Shown here piece by piece: positions 56,273-64,000 of a stretch of DNA of 64,000 nucleotides; the stretch's first letter is position 1; every line of letters starts with the position of its first letter. Under the pieces are notes generated by a model. It searched no databases and was not told the DNA's origin. It saw only the letters and a program-made list of their open reading frames with translations. This DNA is from an uncultured Ectothiorhodospiraceae bacterium (GTDB lineage: Bacteria; Pseudomonadota; Gammaproteobacteria; CAMYNG01), in the NCBI GenBank assembly GCA_947259765.1, contig CAMYNG010000019.1:10892-74891 (forward strand), given 5' to 3'. The translations under genes were made by a program, and so were the position numbers.

Positions 56273-56337
56273 ACTCCGGTTTTCACCGGAGTGACGCACT
56301 GGTATGCAGCGTGTCATTCTGGCGAAAGCCAGAATCC
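56273..56337. repeat. REP-like palindromic elements
   Basis: ACTCCGG-ttttca-CCGGAGT (56273-56292) and GTCATTCTGGCGAAAGCCAGAATCC (56313-56337). Confidence 0.75.
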
Positions 56338-56447
56338 TTTGGATTCCTGAACAAAGTCGGCCTCGGCCTTAGGGAGTGTCACGATACCAACTAATCAATT
56401 GGCTTCAAAAAAACTCTATGCCCTCTGTAAACTCTGTGGTTCGGATT

Positions 56448-57140
56448 TTACGTTGCCGGTGCGTCAACTACCGGCACTGCCACAACGGTCTTGCGTTTTT
56501 CTTCCAGTCGCTTGTCGATCACATTTTTAACGGCAATCAGCAGACCCAGACCGATAAAGGCGCCGGGTGGCAGTATGGCCAGTAAAAAGCCGCGGTAATC
56601 TTCAACGAGGGTGATGGTTAACCAATGTGCCTGTTCACCAAACATCAGGTTGGCTTGCGCAAACAGCGTACCGAAACCGATTGCTTCGCGCATCGCGCCC
56701 AACACCAACAGCACTGCGGTAAAACCGAGCCCCATAAAAAGGCCATCGGCAAATGCGAGCCCCACATGGTTTCTTGAGGCATATGCCTCCGCGCGCGCGA
56801 TAATCGTGCAATTGGTTACGATAAGCGGAATGAAAATGCCGAGGATCAAATAAAGTTCGTGAAACCAGGCATTCATGGTCATTTCAATGATCGTGACCAC
56901 AGATGCAATGATCATGACGAAAACGGGGATACGGATCTCCGGGCGGACCCATTGGCGGATCAACGACACGATGCTGTTTGAAGCGATCAAGGTAATCGTG
57001 GTGGCAAGGCCCAGTCCCAGCGCATTGACTACCGTGTTAGTTACAGCAAGCAAAGGGCACAGGCCCAGTAGCTGAACAAGCGCGGGGTTATTTCCCCACA
57101 TGCCGTCATGTACTATCTGCCCCGTTTCGCTGCGTGGCAT
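56448..57140 (-). CDS. rnfE: electron transport complex subunit RnfE/RsxE
   Basis: [16 protein letters not shown] and the rest is family-typical. 230 aa, in gene order rnfABCDGE. Confidence 0.9.
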   Translation of the reverse strand: MPRSETGQIVHDGMWGNNPALVQLLGLCPLLAVTNTVVNALGLGLATTITLIASNSIVSLIRQWVRPEIRIPVFVMIIASVVTIIEMTMNAWFHELYLILGIFIPLIVTNCTIIARAEAYASRNHVGLAFADGLFMGLGFTAVLLVLGAMREAIGFGTLFAQANLMFGEQAHWLTITLVEDYRGFLLAILPPGAFIGLGLLIAVKNVIDKRLEEKRKTVVAVPVVDAPAT

Positions 57141-57805
57141 TAGCGATTCTCCGTTTGGGTGGTATCTGCCGCCGTCGTTGTCGCGGGTTTGGCAAACAAC
57201 TCGTCGCGGTGACGCTGGAAGTAGAGTAGCGTGTTGTGAACGGCTTTGACAACCGCGCGTGGCGTAATGGTTGCGCCGGTGAATTGGTCAAACTCACCAC
57301 CGTCACGTTTCACTTTCCAGCCTTTTGAGTTTGGGTTCTGGAGTGATCGGCCGGTAAAACCTTTTATCCAGTCGGACTTTCGTTCGTCCACCGCATCACC
57401 CAGCCCCGGCGTTTCCAGATGGCGGGTGACGCGCACGCCCGCAAGCGAGCCGTCGTAACGTATCGCAACCAGCAGGTAAATTCTGCCGTTATATCCGTCC
57501 GGCGCGATGCTGGCGACGATGGCGGCGACAGGTTTATCGTTGCGCCGTGCACGATATACCGGCAACGGATTCTCGCTGCCCAGGTGCCTTTCGTCAGTAA
57601 CGTGAATGACGTCGGAAAATAAATCATTGTCATGTTCGTCAGGAGGCACCAGTACGTGTAGATTTCGCAGTACCGTGGCACGCTGGTTCGCAGCGATCCG
57701 GGGCGCGGTGCGCTCATGAGTTAGCGCCAGCAACGTGGTGCCCACCATTGCAAATAGTCCGAGTAAGACCGCGCTAATGGCCATGTTTCTGCCAATGCCG
57801 GCCAC
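57140..57805 (-). CDS. rnfG: electron transport complex subunit RnfG/RsxG
   Basis: N-terminal TM helix, FMN-binding domain ETPGLGD, and GATITPRAV. Its stop and start abut the neighbouring genes. Confidence 0.88.
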   Translation of the reverse strand: MAGIGRNMAISAVLLGLFAMVGTTLLALTHERTAPRIAANQRATVLRNLHVLVPPDEHDNDLFSDVIHVTDERHLGSENPLPVYRARRNDKPVAAIVASIAPDGYNGRIYLLVAIRYDGSLAGVRVTRHLETPGLGDAVDERKSDWIKGFTGRSLQNPNSKGWKVKRDGGEFDQFTGATITPRAVVKAVHNTLLYFQRHRDELFAKPATTTAADTTQTENR

Positions 57806-58848
57806 TAGTTGCGTTCCTCGCCGAACACGCGCGGTTGGGTGTAATAATCAATGGTGGGTACGGCCATGTTCATTAACAGCACCGCAAAGGCAACCCCATC
57901 CGGATAACCGCCCCAGTTTCGAATGATATAAGTCAGTGCCCCGATACCGGCACCGTAGATCAGTCTGCCGCGCGGGGTTGTTGCGGCGGTAACCGGGTCC
58001 GATGCAATAAAAAATGCTCCCAGCATGGCTGCACCACTGAACAAATGAAACCACGGCGACGAAAACTGTTCGCTGTCAATTAGCCAGAAAACCGTCGCCA
58101 TCAGGGCCAGTGTGCTCAACATCGCGAACGGGATTTGCCACGCTACGACGCGCTTGTAAATAAGCCACATACCACCGAGAAGAAACATCAGGTTTACGCG
58201 ATCCCAACCCGTGCCGCTAACGGTACTGAACAGGCCCGGACTGGATAGGTGAATGTCGGAGATGGTCTCGCCGAGTCCAACACGCGTTTTTACGGTATCC
58301 ATCGGGGTTGCCATGGAAATGCTGTCGTAGGTACTGTCCGCGGGCAGGATACTGAACAGACTGTAATTCAGTAAATCCAGAAACTCCGGTGTTGTTGCGC
58401 CCAATGAAGTAGGTGGAAGCCATGCAGTCATTTCGCGTGGAAATGCGATAAGCAGCATGGCGTAACCCACCATTGCAGGATTAAACGGGTTATAGCCCAG
58501 ACCGCCATATAAATGCTTGGCGACCACAATGGCGAACAGTGTACCCAGCACGGGTAGCCACCAAGGCGCAAAAGGCGGCAGCGCCAGGGCCAGCAGCAGC
58601 GCGGTGACCAGTGCGCTACCGTCGGTTATAAACGGCAGCACCGCTCGCCGCCGGAGGCGAAGCATCAATGCTTCACTGGCCAGTGCGGTCAGTGTCGCGA
58701 GGGCCATGTTAATCAACAGCCCGGTGCCAAAAAATGCTACATAGAATGCCGATCCGGGTACCAGGGCCACTACGACCCAAAGCATGGTACGCGTGAGGCT
58801 CGGGCTGGCAGTGATATGCGGTGAGCTTAAGGTATTCTTAAATTTCAT
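57805..58848 (-). CDS. rnfD: electron transport complex subunit RnfD/RsxD
   Basis: Polytopic, NqrB/RnfD-like, with SDPVTAATT near the C-terminus. 347 aa. Confidence 0.9.
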   Translation of the reverse strand: MKFKNTLSSPHITASPSLTRTMLWVVVALVPGSAFYVAFFGTGLLINMALATLTALASEALMLRLRRRAVLPFITDGSALVTALLLALALPPFAPWWLPVLGTLFAIVVAKHLYGGLGYNPFNPAMVGYAMLLIAFPREMTAWLPPTSLGATTPEFLDLLNYSLFSILPADSTYDSISMATPMDTVKTRVGLGETISDIHLSSPGLFSTVSGTGWDRVNLMFLLGGMWLIYKRVVAWQIPFAMLSTLALMATVFWLIDSEQFSSPWFHLFSGAAMLGAFFIASDPVTAATTPRGRLIYGAGIGALTYIIRNWGGYPDGVAFAVLLMNMAVPTIDYYTQPRVFGEERN

Positions 58849-60541
58849 CGGTTTTCTTTTCCGTTACCGATTCGGCCTGTGGATCCGTTGACGGTGTTGC
58901 GGGTGGATCAGTCTTGAGATGTTTGCGGCGCTCATCCACTTCTGCAATCGCTTTTCGCTGTGCATCAGTGAGGTGTTCAACATTCCGCGCACCGGAATCT
59001 TGTTGTTCCTTACGTGCCTTGACGCGATCCAGTGCGGCCTGGATTGCCGCCTTCTTGGGATCAGGGGTCTCGCTTTTTTCGCCGCGTGCCTTACGGAGCT
59101 TTTCTTTTTTAAGCCGTTGGCGCTCTTCCTTGTCTTGTTTCTCTTTCTCAAGCCGTTCAAGCCGGAACTCATGTCTTTGGCGGGCCAAGTCCGACTTACG
59201 CTTTTCTTTCTCCTGCGACCAAATCTCGGTTTTCGCAAAACGGAAGTATTGCACCAGTGGAATATTCGACGGGCAGACATAGGCGCAACAACCACATTCA
59301 ATGCAGTCAAACAGTTTGTGATCCTGAACCTTGTCCAAATCCTTGGACCACGAATACCAGTAAAGTTGTTGCGGCAGCAACAATGCGGGACAAACGCGAG
59401 CGCACTCGCCGCAGCGAATACACGGCATGGCAACGGGGCTCGGTCGCTGCGGTGCAGGCAGCGCAAGAATGCAGTTGGTTGTTTTTACCACCGGGATCGC
59501 ATCGCTGGTAACTGCAAATCCCATCATAGGCCCACCCATAACGAGTTGATCGTTGCTTTTGGGATGCCACCCGCATTGCTGTAGTACTGAAGAAAACGGC
59601 GTACCGATGCGTACCTCCAGATTGCGGGGTTGTTCCAGGTTTTCACCGGTAATTGTGACGACGCGCGATACCAGGGGTTCACCCAGAGTAACCGCATGAT
59701 GAACCGCCGCAGCGGTCGCCACATTGTGACAAACAATGCCGATGTCGAGCGGCAGGCGTTGACTTGGAACCTCTTTGCCTGTCAAAACCTTAATGAGTTG
59801 TTTTTCGCCGCCTGCCGGATAGCGGGTGGGGACTGTAACAACATCGATAAATTTAGTTTCATCTGCGCTCAGTGCGCCGCGCAGTGCGACAATGGCATCT
59901 GGCTTGTTGTCCTCGACACCTATAAGACAATATTTCGCCTGTAGCGCGTGGCGCATTATCTTCAGACCGTCAATGACTTCGCGCGGCCGTTCCTGCATCA
60001 GCATGGCGTCACACGAAATATAGGGCTCGCATTCGGCGCCATTGAGTATCAGCAAATCGATGCTGCCGCCGGCTCCTGGATTAAGTTTGATAAAGGAAGG
60101 GAATCCCGCGCCGCCCAAACCGACAATACCGGCGTCTCGAATGATGTTGCGTAGCTCACTCGCATCAAGTGTTTGATAATCTCCACTTGGAGTTTTATCC
60201 GGATCCCAACGATCTTCTCCGTCTGTTTCGATAACGATACATGTTGCATTTTGTCCGGACGGATGTGGGATCGGCCGTTCTTCAATAGCGATGACTTGTC
60301 CGGAAGACGAAGCGTGTACTGACGCGCTGACATAGTCCTGTGCTCGCGCAATCAGCTGGCCTTTTAATACTCGATCTCCGGGCTTAACGACCGCTACAGC
60401 GGGCTCGCCTATATGCTGTTGCAGGGGTAACACCAGTTGTGGTGGCAGGTCCGCAATCATGACCGCATCCTGCATCGACATGTCCTTGTGCCCGTCGAGT
60501 ACCAATCCGCCGGGAAAACGCCAGAGCTTGTGCGTTGTCAC
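58838..60541 (-). CDS. rnfC: electron transport complex subunit RnfC/RsxC with a Lys/Glu-rich C-terminal extension
   Basis: GLGGAGFP, two ferredoxin motifs ([12 protein letters not shown] and [12 protein letters not shown]), and a charged tail of about 130 aa. Confidence 0.9.
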   Translation of the reverse strand: MTTHKLWRFPGGLVLDGHKDMSMQDAVMIADLPPQLVLPLQQHIGEPAVAVVKPGDRVLKGQLIARAQDYVSASVHASSSGQVIAIEERPIPHPSGQNATCIVIETDGEDRWDPDKTPSGDYQTLDASELRNIIRDAGIVGLGGAGFPSFIKLNPGAGGSIDLLILNGAECEPYISCDAMLMQERPREVIDGLKIMRHALQAKYCLIGVEDNKPDAIVALRGALSADETKFIDVVTVPTRYPAGGEKQLIKVLTGKEVPSQRLPLDIGIVCHNVATAAAVHHAVTLGEPLVSRVVTITGENLEQPRNLEVRIGTPFSSVLQQCGWHPKSNDQLVMGGPMMGFAVTSDAIPVVKTTNCILALPAPQRPSPVAMPCIRCGECARVCPALLLPQQLYWYSWSKDLDKVQDHKLFDCIECGCCAYVCPSNIPLVQYFRFAKTEIWSQEKEKRKSDLARQRHEFRLERLEKEKQDKEERQRLKKEKLRKARGEKSETPDPKKAAIQAALDRVKARKEQQDSGARNVEHLTDAQRKAIAEVDERRKHLKTDPPATPSTDPQAESVTEKKTDEI

Positions 60542-61089
60542 GGCTTTTTCTCCTGCGGTGTTTCCGGGAACGGCCAGGTCCAGTCACTGAGTTCCTTTTT
60601 GACCGGCACCATATCGATGCAATCTACCGGGCAGGGCGGTACGCAGAGTTCACAACCTGTGCATTCATCTTCTATTACCGTATGCATCTGTTTTGCTGCG
60701 CCAAGTATGCAGTCAACCGGGCAGGCCTGGATGCAGAGCGTGCAGCCGATACAAACCTGCTCATCGATTACGGCGACTAACTTATCTTTGTGCTCGCCGT
60801 GATCTTCGTTTAGCGGTTTGGCATCTCGTCCCAACAGATCGGCGAGCGATTGTATAACGGCTTCACCGCCCGGCGGGCATTGATTGATGTCCGCCTCACC
60901 CTTTGCGATAGCCTCGGCATAGGGCCGGCAACCGGGGTAGGTGCATTGACCACATTGTGTTTGCGGCAAAATCTTGTCAATCTGATCGACAACCGGATCC
61001 TCTTCAACCCGAAACCGGACCGCGGCAAACCCCAGCACCAGGCCAAACACAATTGCCAGTGCCGATAGCGCAATGATCGCAGACAGCAT
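60538..61089 (-). CDS. rnfB: electron transport complex subunit RnfB/RsxB
   Basis: N-terminal TM helix, [15 protein letters not shown], and 2x[4Fe-4S] motifs [12 protein letters not shown] and [12 protein letters not shown]. Confidence 0.9.
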   Translation of the reverse strand: MLSAIIALSALAIVFGLVLGFAAVRFRVEEDPVVDQIDKILPQTQCGQCTYPGCRPYAEAIAKGEADINQCPPGGEAVIQSLADLLGRDAKPLNEDHGEHKDKLVAVIDEQVCIGCTLCIQACPVDCILGAAKQMHTVIEDECTGCELCVPPCPVDCIDMVPVKKELSDWTWPFPETPQEKKP

Positions 61090-61095
61090 GTGTGC

Positions 61096-61677
61096 CTAGC
61101 CTTTAACCAGGCCGGAGAATCCCATGAAGGCCATGGACATCAAGCCGGCGGTAATTAAGGCAATCGATGCGCCCTTGAAGGGTACGGGAACGTCGGCGAC
61201 CGCAATGCGTTCGCGCATAGCAGAGAACAGAATCAGCACGAATGAAAAGCCGACCGCTGCGCCAAATCCGTACACGGCCGATTCAAGAAAGCCGTGCTGT
61301 GTTTGTACATTTAACAGGGCTACACCCAGTACTGCACAGTTGGTGGTGATAAGCGGCAAGAAAATCCCCAGCACCTGATAGAGTAATGGACTGCTTTTAC
61401 GTACTACCATCTCAGTAAACTGCACAACAACCGCAATGACGAGAATGAAGGTGATTGTGCGCAAGTACTCCAGTCCGAGCGGCGCCAAAAGATACTCGTT
61501 AACCAAATAACTGCAAACAGATGAGAGTGTCAGGACAAAGGTGGTGGCGAGCGCCATGCCGGTTGCGGTTTCGAGTTTGCGTGACACGCCCATGAACGGA
61601 CACAGGCCGAGGAACTTCACGAGTACGAAGTTATTGACCAGAATTGTACTGACCAGAATGAGCGCGAGTTCTTTCAT
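61096..61677 (-). CDS. rnfA: electron transport complex subunit RnfA/RsxA
   Basis: From [32 protein letters not shown] (ATG at 61677), 193 aa, the canonical RnfA length. The ORF-track extension to 61761 crosses a 12-bp tandem duplication. Confidence 0.9.
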   Translation of the reverse strand: MKELALILVSTILVNNFVLVKFLGLCPFMGVSRKLETATGMALATTFVLTLSSVCSYLVNEYLLAPLGLEYLRTITFILVIAVVVQFTEMVVRKSSPLLYQVLGIFLPLITTNCAVLGVALLNVQTQHGFLESAVYGFGAAVGFSFVLILFSAMRERIAVADVPVPFKGASIALITAGLMSMAFMGFSGLVKG

Positions 61678-61872
61678 GCCAGGTCCGGGGTGCGGGCGGT
61701 GTGTGCCTGGAGCTGAACCGGTATCTGTACCGGTATCTGTATCAGCCGAAGTACCAGACAACGCCGCGGAAAACAGAACGTACTTATTCTAACGTAAGCC
61801 GTGTCTTTCTGCTAAATAAGATAACCGTGACGGGCTTAAGTGCATTCGGAGTTACGTGTTTCTGCAAGCGTA

Positions 61873-63900
61873 TTATTTAATCTTCATGCCGGGTTGTGCC
61901 CCTGCATCCGGTGACAGTATCCACAAATCCTTACCGCCGGGCCCGGCCGCCAATACCATGCCTTCAGACAGACCAAAACGCATCTTGCGCGGTTTCAGGT
62001 TTGCTACCATCACCGTAAACTTACCCTCAAGGTCGGCGGGGGCATAGGCGCTTTTAATTCCTGCAAACACGTTGCGTGTTTCACCGCCGATATCAAGGGT
62101 TAATTGCAGCAGTTTGTCGGCGCCTTCCACGTGTTCGGCTTTTACAATGCGTGCAACGCGCAAATCAACTTTGGCAAAATCATCAAATTCGATCTCCGTG
62201 GCGATTGGGTCATCATGCAACGGACCTTCGGTAACTTGTTTCGTACCCAAATTCTCACTTGAAGCGTCAACCATGGCGTCAATTTTCTCCTTTTCCACAC
62301 GGGTCATGAGTGGCTTGAATTTTTTTATGCTGTGATCACGCAACGGTTCCGCGATGCTATCCCATTGCAACGGTTCGATGTTGAGGAATGCTTCTGCATC
62401 ACTCGCCAGGTTTGGCAGCACCGGTTTGAGGTAGGCAATCAAAACACGAAACAGATTCAATCCCACGCTACAAGTGTCCTGAACCTCCAGTTCCCGGCCC
62501 GCCTCCTTGATGTGTACCCAGGGTTTGCGCTCATCAATGAATTGATTGGCGAGATCCGCGAGCGCCATGATTTCGCGCATGGCATGACCGAATTCGCGGC
62601 GCTCGTACAGGTCCGCAATGGTGTCGGCTTTGGCGACAAAGTCGGCATACAGTTGCGGTTCGGTGCACTGTGCCGAAAGCTGCGCGTTAAATTTCTTGTT
62701 TATAAATCCGGCACAACGGCTGGCGATGTTGACCACCTTGCCGACCAGATCGGAATTCACCCGATTAAAAAAATCGTCAAAATTCAAATCGAGATCGTCG
62801 ATTCCGCTGCCCAGCTTGGCGGCGAAGTAGTAGCGCAGGTATTCCGGTTCAAGGTGATCGAGATAGGTCCGCGCCATAATAAAGGTGCCGCGTGATTTGG
62901 ACATTTTTTGTCCATTCACGGTTAGAAAGCCATGGCAAAACACCGCGCTGGGCATACGGAACCCGGCGCCATACAACATCGCGGGCCAGAACAAGGTGTG
63001 AAAGTACGCGATGTCTTTGCCGATGAAATGATACAGCTCCGTATCGCTATCCGCCTGCCAGAATGTGTCAAAGTCCAGTGAGGGCGTGCGCTCACAAAGT
63101 TGCTTGAAACTCGCCATATAACCGATGGGTGCGTCCAGCCAGACATAGAAATATTTTCCGGGCGCATCGGGTATCTCGAAGCCGAAGTAGGGTGCGTCGC
63201 GTGAAATGTCCCAGTCCTGCAGGCCGGCCTCAAACCACTCGTTCAATTTGTGGCGAATTTCGGGTTGCATGTGCTCACCCTGGGTCCAGCCGAGTAGCAT
63301 GTCCTTGAACTTGCCGAGCTGGAAAAAATAGTGCTCGGATTCTTTTTCTATCGGCGTGGCACCGGAGACTACTGAAATCGGGTCGATCAGATCGGTCGGT
63401 GCGTAGGTACTGCCGCAGACCTCGCAGTTATCACCGTACTGGTCCGGCGATTTGCAACGTGGGCACGTCCCTTTAATAAATCGATCCGGCAGAAACATTT
63501 GTTTCTCGGGATCAAAGGCCTGCCGAATAGTGCGCGTCGTGATAAAATCGGCATCTCGCAGGCGCGTGTATATCAGTTCCGCCAGTTGCCGGTTTTCTTC
63601 GGAATGGGTGGAATGAAAATTGTCGAAGTCGACATTGAACGCAGCGAAATCGGCCTGGTGTTCCTCGCTTATGCGGGCAATCAGGTCTTCCGGCGTGATG
63701 CCCTCGCTTTGTGCACGCAACATGATGGGCGTGCCATGCGCGTCGTCGGCACAAACGTAGATACACTGGTGACCGCGCAGGCGTTGGAAGCGTACCCAGA
63801 TGTCGGTCTGGATGTACTCCACCAGGTGTCCCAGGTGAATACTGCCGTTAGCATAGGGCAGAGCGCTGGTGACCAGGATTTGTCGGGGTGCTGGCGGCAT
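61873..63900 (-). CDS. metG: methionine--tRNA ligase
   Basis: HIGH-type HLGH, a zinc knuckle CPRC...CEVCG, KMSKS, and a C-terminal tRNA-binding domain. 675 aa. Confidence 0.92.
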   Translation of the reverse strand: MPPAPRQILVTSALPYANGSIHLGHLVEYIQTDIWVRFQRLRGHQCIYVCADDAHGTPIMLRAQSEGITPEDLIARISEEHQADFAAFNVDFDNFHSTHSEENRQLAELIYTRLRDADFITTRTIRQAFDPEKQMFLPDRFIKGTCPRCKSPDQYGDNCEVCGSTYAPTDLIDPISVVSGATPIEKESEHYFFQLGKFKDMLLGWTQGEHMQPEIRHKLNEWFEAGLQDWDISRDAPYFGFEIPDAPGKYFYVWLDAPIGYMASFKQLCERTPSLDFDTFWQADSDTELYHFIGKDIAYFHTLFWPAMLYGAGFRMPSAVFCHGFLTVNGQKMSKSRGTFIMARTYLDHLEPEYLRYYFAAKLGSGIDDLDLNFDDFFNRVNSDLVGKVVNIASRCAGFINKKFNAQLSAQCTEPQLYADFVAKADTIADLYERREFGHAMREIMALADLANQFIDERKPWVHIKEAGRELEVQDTCSVGLNLFRVLIAYLKPVLPNLASDAEAFLNIEPLQWDSIAEPLRDHSIKKFKPLMTRVEKEKIDAMVDASSENLGTKQVTEGPLHDDPIATEIEFDDFAKVDLRVARIVKAEHVEGADKLLQLTLDIGGETRNVFAGIKSAYAPADLEGKFTVMVANLKPRKMRFGLSEGMVLAAGPGGKDLWILSPDAGAQPGMKIK

Positions 63901-64000
63901 GGATCTTTGCTGTTCCGATACTATTTATATAAAAGGGCGCAACACTACCAGTTCCGGCGCTCGGGGTCCAAACGCAAGCACTGGAAAAAACACCGGTTTT

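Noticed and set aside
61678-61761. 28-codon N-terminal extension of RnfA ([19 protein letters not shown]...).
   Set aside because: The TDTGTDTG segment comes from a perfect 12-bp tandem duplication, CCGGTATCTGTA x2 (61718-61741), read in frame. RnfA homologues start at the MKEL... position and are about 193 aa.

Overview
The window looks like a gammaproteobacterial chromosome segment of moderately high GC, about 50-55% judged by eye. I recognise about 60 genes. All calls come from reading the supplied translations and the DNA; no searches were run.

Most of the window is core metabolism:
- A contiguous Pho regulon (phoBR, pstS, pstCAB, phoU) with 11-bp-phased Pho-box-like repeats.
- Arginine genes argE, argF, argD and argG. 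argD is frameshifted, and argG has a non-homologous 3' end.
- pyrC, rnt, grxD and fumC.
- A heterodimeric-E1 pyruvate dehydrogenase operon whose third gene is an in-frame E2-E3 fusion of 1024 aa.
- nth with rnfABCDGE, and metG.

Three regions stand out:
1. 51989-54612 (minus strand) is a compact four-gene RiPP-type operon. It encodes a Sec-signal peptide with seven EGKCG repeats, a DUF692/MNIO enzyme, a DUF2063 partner and a DoxX membrane protein. This is my best candidate for the unusual system.
2. About 42.0-44.9 kb is an AT-rich degenerate integron. It has a decayed, truncated integrase N-terminus facing a co-oriented cassette array. Two 72-bp attC sites are clear and two more are degenerate. 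The cassette ORFs are mostly of unknown function. The array sits inside a larger mosaic block that begins exactly where the argG homology breaks.
3. The E2-E3 fusion.

Smaller observations:
- Inverted ACTCGTC/GACGAGT heptamer arrays sit directly in front of two start codons.
- A GTCATTCYGGCG...GCCRGAAT REP-like family is dispersed through the window.
- A 29-bp-stem hairpin lies between the SH3-domain protein gene (3113-3778) and argE.
- Twin TACTCTG-N5-CAGAGTA operators precede an operon encoding a membrane protein, a wHTH regulator and pcm.

I recognised no rRNA, tRNA or CRISPR array.
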